Shown here piece after piece: positions 18,161 through 25,531 of a DNA stretch of 58,725 bases. The notes under the pieces were generated by a model, which saw only the letters and a list, made by a program, of their open reading frames with translations, was not told the origin of the DNA and ran no database searches. How positions within the stretch are numbered: the stretch's first letter is position 1; the number at the start of each line of letters is the position of its first letter. Source of the stretch: Parcubacteria group bacterium (lineage in GTDB: Bacteria; Patescibacteriota; Minisyncoccia; SW-4-49-11); NCBI GenBank assembly GCA_943354045.1, contig CALRBF010000002.1, forward strand, positions 1 through 58,725, in the 5' to 3' direction. Made by a program: the position numbers and the translations under genes.

Positions 18161-18280
18161 GTGTTCGGCTCCCAATTCAACCTCAAATATGCTATAATAC
18201 AAACATATAAATAAATATAAACTTATCCACTATGGAAAATAATAATTCACTATTCTTTAGTTATATTCTATAATAAAACT
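18156..18280 (+). promoter_or_regulatory. Leader module copy C: promoter plus uORF MENNNSLFFSYIL
   Basis: TGc-TATAAT at 18190-18198; uORF 18232-18273. Near-identical to copy A. Confidence 0.65.
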
Positions 18281-18297
18281 ATACATTAAATTAAAAT

Positions 18298-19163
18298 ATG
18301 AAAAATGAAATTATTTTATATAGACCAGATGATTTAGATGAGCATATAGAAGTAATGCTTAAACACGAAACTGTTTGGTTAAACAGACAGCAAATGGCTT
18401 CGCTTTTTGGTAGAGATGTGAAAACTCTTGGTAAACACATCAATAATGTTTTTTCGGAAGGAGAACTAGATAATATAGCAACTGTCGCAAAATTTGCGAC
18501 AGTTCAAAATGAAGGAGGCAGAAAGGTTGAGCGCCAAGTGGAGTATTACAATCTAGATGTTATAATATCAGTAGGGTACCGAGTAAAATCAAAACAAGGT
18601 ACACAATTTCGCATCTGGGCAACCAATATTTTACGAGACTATTTACTCAAAGGCTATGCACTGAATAATAGAATGAACAGAATAGAAGATAATATTCAAT
18701 CTTTGAGTGAAAAAGTAAATCAAATAGATTTACAAATACATACCAATACCATCCCAACCCAACCCAAGGAGTATTCTTTGAAGGACAAGTATTCGATGCC
18801 TATGAATTATTCTCAAAAATAATTCGCAAAGCCAAAAGTCATATAATCCTGATAGACAACTACATAGACGAGACCACCCTCATACATTTATCCAAAAAGA
18901 ACCCAAAAGTAAAAGCCCTCATATTAACCCATCCAATAAGCCAAGAATTAGAGCTAGATATACAGAAAGTCAATCAGCAATATGGAAACTTCAAAATAAA
19001 GAAATTTAATAAAAGCCATGATAGATTCCTCATCATAGATCAAAAAGAAATCTATCATCTCGGAGCCTCACTCAAAGATTTAGGCAAAAAACTCTTCGCC
19101 TTCAGTCTATTAGACACAAGTTCAGTACAAGATTTATTGAATAGAGTAAAAGATTTAGAGTGA
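18298..19163 (+). pseudogene. RhuM-family protein, frameshifted at a (CCCAA)3 tract
   Basis: N-terminal part ..VEYYNLDVIISVGYRVKSKQGTQFRIWATNILRDYLLKGY. The C-terminal part GVFFEGQVFDAYELFSKIIRKAKSHIILIDNYIDE...KDLE* is open in another frame up to TGA 19161-19163. Confidence 0.75.
18753..18767. repeat. Pentanucleotide tandem repeat (CCCAA)x3 at the RhuM frameshift point
   Basis: Three perfect units. Two units (or five) would put both halves of the gene in one frame (..IPTQGVFFEG..). Confidence 0.85.
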
Positions 19164-19171
19164 GTGTATTA

Positions 19172-19455
19172 TTGTCCTCTAATTCTTTCGTAGAGTCGGC
19201 GACCCCGCCGACATAGTTTTTTGTAGGGGCGACCTGTCAGTCGCCTGTATTTGGTGTTAAAAATCCCCCTCTCCACCTACGGTCGATAAATTGAGGAGTG
19301 GACAGCTTCGCTGGACGGGGTGGAAATGTTTTGCAAGGTGAGTTTCTGTCCTCCCTTGGGGGAGGTGTCACCGTAGGTGACGGAGGAGGACATAATTCAT
19401 AATTTGCAATTTATCCCCCTACCCAATTTATCGACCGTAGGTGGAAACCTCCACA
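19172..19455 (+). repeat. Mosaic repeat locus R7, including a unit bounded by 21 bp perfect inverted repeats
   Basis: TCGTAGAGTCGGCGACCCCGCCGAC; TGTAGGGGCGACCTGTCAGTCGCC. CCACCTACGGTCGATAAATTG (19273-19293) is the perfect reverse complement of 19424-19444. Confidence 0.85.
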
Positions 19456-19498
19456 AAAACATGCTACAATACAAACAATCATTAAACTCACACAATCT

Positions 19499-20101
19499 AT
19501 GAAAGGAGTAGTCTATATAATGACAACAGTAGTCGATGGACTAATAAAAATAGGACAAACAGGCAGTCAAAATTATCAAGAAAGGATGAGAAATCTAGAA
19601 TCAAATGGATACTACAATGTCTCAGGATTAAAGAGATTCTTTGCAATAGAACTAGAAGACTATACATATAAAGAAAATCTCCTCAAAGAAATTTTCACCA
19701 AACACAGAGTAGGAGACAGTGAGTTATTTGCCCTAGACTATGATTTGGTAAAACAATTACTCCTATCCTTTGAAGGAAAAGTAATATACCCAAAAGACAT
19801 AGATAAAGAAAAAGAATTCGATGAAATTTCAAAATCCAGAGAGCAAAGTGCAAAATTTAGTTTTTATAGAAAAGGCATACAAAATGGAGAAGAAATAGTA
19901 TTCATAGCAGATAAAGATATCACAGCAAAAGTCGTAGGCGAGAGAGATGTAGAATATGGAGGACAAGTTTTCAAACTATCCCCATTAACCCTAAAAATAT
20001 ATCAACAAAAAGGCAATAGCAATAAAAGTGGAGCCTATCACGGAGCAGCCTATTGGCAATATAAAGGTAAGAAGTTAAAAGATTTAATAGATATACAATA
20101 A
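19499..20101 (+). CDS. GIY-YIG / T5orf172 (MUG113)-domain protein
   Basis: GVVYIMT...GLIKIGQT...R...L N-terminal pattern. 200 aa. Directly upstream of hsdM. Confidence 0.6.
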   Translation: MKGVVYIMTTVVDGLIKIGQTGSQNYQERMRNLESNGYYNVSGLKRFFAIELEDYTYKENLLKEIFTKHRVGDSELFALDYDLVKQLLLSFEGKVIYPKDIDKEKEFDEISKSREQSAKFSFYRKGIQNGEEIVFIADKDITAKVVGERDVEYGGQVFKLSPLTLKIYQQKGNSNKSGAYHGAAYWQYKGKKLKDLIDIQ

Positions 20102-20158
20102 TCACTCCTCAAAAGGTGGGGGATATGGTATAATAGGGGTAAATAATATATATTTTTT

Positions 20159-21670
20159 ATGGCACAAGGTCAAAATCCCCATTTTGAAGCACAATTATTC
20201 AAAGCAGCAGATAAATTGCGTAAAAATATTGATGCGGCAGAATATAAAAATGTAGCTCTTGGACTTATTTTTCTTAAATACATTTCAGAATCTTTTCAAG
20301 AACTTTATGACAAATTAGCTCAGGATGAATTCAGTGATCCAGAAGACAGAGATGAATATATTTCTGAAAATATTTTCTTTGTACCCGAACAAGCAAGATG
20401 GAAAAATCTCCAAGCTAAAGCAAAGCTCCCAACTATTGGACAGGAGCTGGATGATGCAATGGAAGCAATCGAGAAAGAAAATCCCGAGCTCAAAAATGTA
20501 CTCCCAAAAGTATTTGGAAAACCTAATTTAGATAAAGCCTCACTCGGACAGTTGATTGACCTTATTTCGAATACAGAATTACAAGTAGAGAATACCAAAT
20601 CCAAAGATTTATTTGGAAGAGTATATGAATATTTCTTGGGAGAATTTGCAAATGCTGAAGGGAAAAAGGGAGGACAATTCTATACCCCAAAATCTATTGT
20701 CAAATTGATGGTAGAAATGATAGAGCCATATAAAGGAAGAGTATATGATCCCGCATGTGGTTCTGGAGGAATATTTGTAATGAGTGAAAAATTTGTAGCA
20801 GAGCATCAAGGGAATATCAAAGATATAACTATTTATGGGCAAGAATCCAATCAAACCACTTGGAAGCTCTCCAAAATGAATCTTGCAATTCGCAATATTA
20901 ACTCGAAATTTGTCGAATGGAATACTGAGGGAAGTTTTCTCAAAGATACTCACCCAGATCTCAAAGCCGATTATGTAATCGCAAATCCTCCATTTAATCA
21001 ATCAGATTGGGGACAAGATATACTTCAAGACGATGCAAGATGGAAATATGGAATACCACCAGCAGGGAATGCAAATTTTGGATGGATACAACATATGCTC
21101 TATCATCTTGCACCCAATGGAGTAATGGCAACCGTACTAGCTAATGGAAGCCTCTCATCTAATACTTCCGGAGAAGGGGAAATTCGTAAAAATCTCATAC
21201 AAAATGATTTGGTAGAATGTATCGTCGCACTCCCAAAACAACTCTTTTATAATACCGGAATACCCGCATGTATTTGGTTTCTTCGTCGTGAAAGACAAAT
21301 AAGAAAAAATGAAATTCTTTTCATCGATGCCTCAGATATGGGATTCCTCAAAGACCGAGTACATAGAGAGTTTACCGAGGAAGATATGAATACCATATCA
21401 GAGACTTATCATAATTGGAGAAAAGACCCTGACCAATACGAGGATATTAAAGGATTTTGTAAATCAGCATCAAGAGCAGAAGTAGAGAAACATAATTTTG
21501 TTCTCACACCTGGTCGTTATGTAGGGATAAAAGATATAGAAGATGATGGGATACCATTCGAAGAGAAAATGTATAAACTCACCACCACTCTTGCCGAGCA
21601 ATTCGCCAAAGAAGAAAAAATGAATGCAGAAATCAAAAAACAATTAGCAAAAATTGGATTTGAAATTTGA
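20159..21670 (+). CDS. hsdM: Type I restriction-modification system methyltransferase subunit
   Basis: HsdM_N-like N-terminus, [18 protein letters not shown] (SAM binding), NPPF motif IV ([12 protein letters not shown]). Confidence 0.92.
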   Translation: MAQGQNPHFEAQLFKAADKLRKNIDAAEYKNVALGLIFLKYISESFQELYDKLAQDEFSDPEDRDEYISENIFFVPEQARWKNLQAKAKLPTIGQELDDAMEAIEKENPELKNVLPKVFGKPNLDKASLGQLIDLISNTELQVENTKSKDLFGRVYEYFLGEFANAEGKKGGQFYTPKSIVKLMVEMIEPYKGRVYDPACGSGGIFVMSEKFVAEHQGNIKDITIYGQESNQTTWKLSKMNLAIRNINSKFVEWNTEGSFLKDTHPDLKADYVIANPPFNQSDWGQDILQDDARWKYGIPPAGNANFGWIQHMLYHLAPNGVMATVLANGSLSSNTSGEGEIRKNLIQNDLVECIVALPKQLFYNTGIPACIWFLRRERQIRKNEILFIDASDMGFLKDRVHREFTEEDMNTISETYHNWRKDPDQYEDIKGFCKSASRAEVEKHNFVLTPGRYVGIKDIEDDGIPFEEKMYKLTTTLAEQFAKEEKMNAEIKKQLAKIGFEI

Positions 21671-21680
21671 TTACACATCT

Positions 21681-22502
21681 ATGATACATAACATATTTGA
21701 AAATATTAGAAAAATCAATGAATATAATCAAGAATTTTGGTCTGCTCGGGATCTGTATAAATTACTTGGATATACAGAGTATGGAAAATTTTTACCAGCA
21801 ATAGAAAGGGCAAAAAAAGCTTGTAAAAATAGCAAACAAGAAGTAAATTTGCATTTCGCTCAGGTGAGCGAACCCCAAAAATCCCGCAACCAATACGGAG
21901 AAACTCAAGGTCAGATTTTGGAAGATTATCATCTTTCTCGTTATGCCTGTTATCTTATAGCTCAAAATGGAGATCCAAGAAAAGAAGAGATCGCATTTGC
22001 TCAAACATACTTTGCAATTCAGACAAGGAAGCAAGAGCTAAATGACGAATTTCTGGAAGATCATAAAAGAGTACTCCTCAGAGATGAGATGAAAGAACAT
22101 AATAAAAATCTTGCTAAAGCAGCAAAAGAAGCGGGAGTTGTGAATTATGCAAATTTTCAAGATTATGGATATATGGGACTTTATGGTGGAATGAGGCAAA
22201 GAGATATTTATACAAAAAAGAAATTAAAAGAAAAAGAAACAATACTTGATCATATGAATAGTGAAGAGCTTGCTGCAAATCTCTTCCGGGCAACGCAAGC
22301 TGAAGCTAAGCTTAAAAGAGAAAATATTATTGGACAAGAAAAAGCAAATCGAGCACATCTTGATGTTGGTAAAAAAGTAAGAGAAACAATTAGAGATCTT
22401 GGTGGAACAATGCCAGAAAACCTTCCAACACCTGATAATATTAGAGAATCAAAAAAGAGAGTAAAACAACTATCTAAGAAATTATTATCCAACAAAGAAT
22501 AA
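21681..22502 (+). CDS. DinD-like (DNA-damage-inducible protein D family) protein
   Basis: MIHNIFENIRKINEYNQEFWSARDLYKLLGY...YHLSRYACYLIAQNGDP. ATG 21681 is preferred over the TTG 21654 of the ORF track. Confidence 0.65.
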   Translation: MIHNIFENIRKINEYNQEFWSARDLYKLLGYTEYGKFLPAIERAKKACKNSKQEVNLHFAQVSEPQKSRNQYGETQGQILEDYHLSRYACYLIAQNGDPRKEEIAFAQTYFAIQTRKQELNDEFLEDHKRVLLRDEMKEHNKNLAKAAKEAGVVNYANFQDYGYMGLYGGMRQRDIYTKKKLKEKETILDHMNSEELAANLFRATQAEAKLKRENIIGQEKANRAHLDVGKKVRETIRDLGGTMPENLPTPDNIRESKKRVKQLSKKLLSNKE

Positions 22503-22503
22503 T

Positions 22504-23730
22504 ATGGCTGATACTACCTCATCTATACCAACAAAAAATTCCCCTCTTGAGGGGTGTCAGATGAAATCTGACGGGGTGGATTATCTTCCAAGCGATTGGG
22601 TAGAGACGACTTTGGGGGAGGTTGTAGAAACAGTAATTGATAATCGCGGAAAAAATCCAAGTTATTATACTGAAAAAGGTATTCCTGTAATTGATAATGT
22701 TTTAATAAAAGAAAATAGAAGAATTGATTTGAAAGAAGCTAGAAGATTTATAGATGATAATTTATATAATAATTTTATCCGTAAACACGGGGAAAGTAGT
22801 GATGTAATAATTACTTTAGTTGGTAATGGGTACGGGAATATTGCTTTATTTCCTAATGAAAAAAGTGTAATTATTCAAAATACAGTTGGATTAAGAGTAA
22901 ATAAAAAATCAGATAATTTGTTTTTGTATTATTTACTAAAAAAAGATAAGAAAAAAATATTAGATCTAAATATTGGTGCGGCACAGCCAAGTGTAAAAGT
23001 TGGAGATTTATTAAATATTAAATTTCTTCTCCCCCCTCTCCCTGAACAAAAAGCAATAGCCTCAATACTTAGTGCATTTGATGATAAGATTGAGCTATTG
23101 AGAGAGCAAAACAAAACCTTAGAAGAGATGGGACAGACAATATTCAAAGAATGGTTTGGGAAATATGGAGTAGATGATGAGCTACCCGAAGGGTGGAAAG
23201 TTGGGAAGTTGGGGGAAGAGTTAGTAATTAAACAAGGTAAATATCTTGAAGCAGAAAATTTATCAGAAGCTCCAACAGAAGAAAAAAAATATCCCATTTA
23301 TGGTGGTAGTGGTATTCGTGGTTATATAGAAGATTTTATGTATGAAAAACCTATGGTATTTTTGACTTGTAGAGGAAATGGCTGTGGTTTAATTCAGTTT
23401 TCAAAGGAACAATCAAGTATTACAAATTCTTGTATGGCTTTTGAAAATATAGATTCGCCATTAAGTTCAGAGTTTATTTATTTTTTATCAAAGAAAATTG
23501 ATTTTGAAAGTGTTACTTCTGGTTCAGCACAACCTCAAATTACAGTTACAAATTTGTATAATTTAGAAATAATTATTCCAGATCAAGAAACTTTGAAACA
23601 ATTTGACGAAGAAATAAAACCAATTTTTATAAAAATCAGAGACAATTCAGAACAAATCCAATCCCTCGCTCGTAGTCGTAATGAGTTGTTACCAAAGTTG
23701 ATGAGTGGAGCGGTGAGGGTTGAGTTTTAG
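22504..23730 (+). CDS. hsdS: Type I R-M specificity subunit
   Basis: Two target-recognition halves separated by LPPLPEQKAIASIL..DDKIELLREQNKTLEEMGQTIFKEWF, with a C-terminal ..LLPKLMSG. A possible alternative start is ATG 22561, because codons 12-26 are a repeat module. Confidence 0.88.
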   Translation: MADTTSSIPTKNSPLEGCQMKSDGVDYLPSDWVETTLGEVVETVIDNRGKNPSYYTEKGIPVIDNVLIKENRRIDLKEARRFIDDNLYNNFIRKHGESSDVIITLVGNGYGNIALFPNEKSVIIQNTVGLRVNKKSDNLFLYYLLKKDKKKILDLNIGAAQPSVKVGDLLNIKFLLPPLPEQKAIASILSAFDDKIELLREQNKTLEEMGQTIFKEWFGKYGVDDELPEGWKVGKLGEELVIKQGKYLEAENLSEAPTEEKKYPIYGGSGIRGYIEDFMYEKPMVFLTCRGNGCGLIQFSKEQSSITNSCMAFENIDSPLSSEFIYFLSKKIDFESVTSGSAQPQITVTNLYNLEIIIPDQETLKQFDEEIKPIFIKIRDNSEQIQSLARSRNELLPKLMSGAVRVEF

Positions 23731-23745
23731 TTTTTAAGGATAAGT

Positions 23746-24501
23746 ATGAAAATATCATCAAAAACAATAGATTACTTAAAAGATATTATTATTGGGGATT
23801 CTCAAAAAAGTCCTTATTTATCAGGACCTCAACTTGTAGAGTTTTTTAATGAGCTTGGGTGGCAAGATATATATGGGCAAGGATTCCCTGCGAGGTGGGA
23901 ATATACAAAGAGAAAATTGCTCGAATTAAATCAACTAGATAGGATTGAAGAAATAATAGAGTATTATTATAGTCCAATACACTTTATTGAAGATAAAGAG
24001 AGATATAAATATTTAATTAAAGAATTGAATGAATATCTTGCTTTTGATGACCTGGAGTTAGTTATAATGGGTAAAATAGTGAAATTAACTAAACAAACAA
24101 AAGAAATTGATATCATTTCAGAAGCAAGTTTTTCAGATAATACAATTTCCATTGTTCTACAAAAAAATGTGTTTGATCATGTGAAAACTTTACTTAATTC
24201 AGGGCATTATTATAATGCTGTGGAAGAATCTTATAAAATCGTGAGAGAAAAACTTAAATCTATTACTGGAGAAGAACAGGCACACAAGGCTTTCAAAGAA
24301 GATAATTGTGAAAAAATCTTTGGGCATGAGCCACAAAATGATGCAGAAAAAGATTTTTTTGAAGGAGTAAAATATCTACACATGGCAATTCAAAATTTAA
24401 GAAATGAAAAATCTCATACTCCAGCACAAGAATTAGATAAGAATTTAGCAATTCATTATATTGTTTTAGCAAGTTTAGCTTATGATTTGATAAATATATG
24501 A
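23746..24501 (+). CDS. TIGR02391-like protein with an N-terminal AbiJ-NTD-like region
   Basis: C-terminal ..LLNSGHYYNAVEESYKIVREKLK...YLHMAIQNLRNEKSHT... matches my recollection of the TIGR02391 signature (GHY..AV.E ... RN..(S/A)H). Confidence 0.55.
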   Translation: MKISSKTIDYLKDIIIGDSQKSPYLSGPQLVEFFNELGWQDIYGQGFPARWEYTKRKLLELNQLDRIEEIIEYYYSPIHFIEDKERYKYLIKELNEYLAFDDLELVIMGKIVKLTKQTKEIDIISEASFSDNTISIVLQKNVFDHVKTLLNSGHYYNAVEESYKIVREKLKSITGEEQAHKAFKEDNCEKIFGHEPQNDAEKDFFEGVKYLHMAIQNLRNEKSHTPAQELDKNLAIHYIVLASLAYDLINI

Positions 24502-25511
24502 AAGTAAAAGTAATTTTTGACACTAATATTATTAAAGATACTAACCCTGAGTCTTTTCTTGGTGGTAGAGTTGAGCTTCAAAAGTTTGCAGAAATAGCAG
24601 AAATTATTTTACCAGATTTAGTAATTGAAGAGTTAAAATGTCAAAAAAGAAAAGAGCTTGAAAAGAATAAGGGATTATTTTTGAAGAATCCTTTTCATTG
24701 GTTAAGAAATATCAATCAAGAAGATACGGAAAACTTTGATAATGAAGCCCATATTACGGAATTAGAAAACAAAGAAGATATAAAGTATACTATAATACAT
24801 TTAAAAAATCATTCAGTATTGGATCAAATAAAAGAGTTAGCAATTAATGAACTTCCACCATTTCAAACGGGTGGAAAAGGATTCAAAGATACTTATATCT
24901 ATTTTACAATTTTAGAATATTTACAAACTATACCAGATAAGTATGTTTTTGTATGTACAAAAGATAAAGTATTTCAAACAGCATTACAAAAACATCTAAA
25001 TATTAAAGTGATAGAAAACTTTGAAGAATTTGAAAAAAATATAGGTTTAAATATACCTAGTGAATACACTTTACAAGAAATTCAAGAATTATATGAGGGA
25101 ATTGAATATAGAGATAAGTGGTTAAATATTGAGAATAATTGGGTATTATCTTTTACAGAAAAAAATCATAAGAGGTTCATTTTATTTGATTCTGTAGCAA
25201 ATGAGATGATAGGTACTGTAGTATCTACACAAGATTTAAGTATATTATTAGCAGACTTAAATGAAGATAAATCGTATAATGATATGGGAATCTTCATAAG
25301 AGGATTAGAAAAATATTATTTATATTTTTCTAAAGATCATTTTTTACAAATATTACAAAGCTCAACAGATAATTATTGTATTTATAATTCTCAGATTGCG
25401 AGGGGAGAAATTAAAAAAATATTTAATAGAAATGATAATACCAAAAATTTTTTAAATACCACTGATGATTTATGGGAACAGTTTATTCAAAAGTATAATT
25501 TTCAATCATAA
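24498..25511 (+). CDS. PIN-like (DUF4935-like) domain protein
   Basis: N-terminus KVIFDTNIIKD..LPDLVIEEL is PIN-like. ATGA start/stop overlap with the upstream gene. 337 aa. Confidence 0.45.
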   Translation: MKVKVIFDTNIIKDTNPESFLGGRVELQKFAEIAEIILPDLVIEELKCQKRKELEKNKGLFLKNPFHWLRNINQEDTENFDNEAHITELENKEDIKYTIIHLKNHSVLDQIKELAINELPPFQTGGKGFKDTYIYFTILEYLQTIPDKYVFVCTKDKVFQTALQKHLNIKVIENFEEFEKNIGLNIPSEYTLQEIQELYEGIEYRDKWLNIENNWVLSFTEKNHKRFILFDSVANEMIGTVVSTQDLSILLADLNEDKSYNDMGIFIRGLEKYYLYFSKDHFLQILQSSTDNYCIYNSQIARGEIKKIFNRNDNTKNFLNTTDDLWEQFIQKYNFQS

Positions 25512-25531
25512 TATTACCTAATCACAACACC

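Noticed and set aside
12616-19455. CRISPR array as an explanation for the recurring GC-rich palindromic units
   Set aside because: The units differ in sequence, order, orientation and spacing. There are no constant repeats alternating with unique spacers of uniform length, and no cas genes lie in the window.
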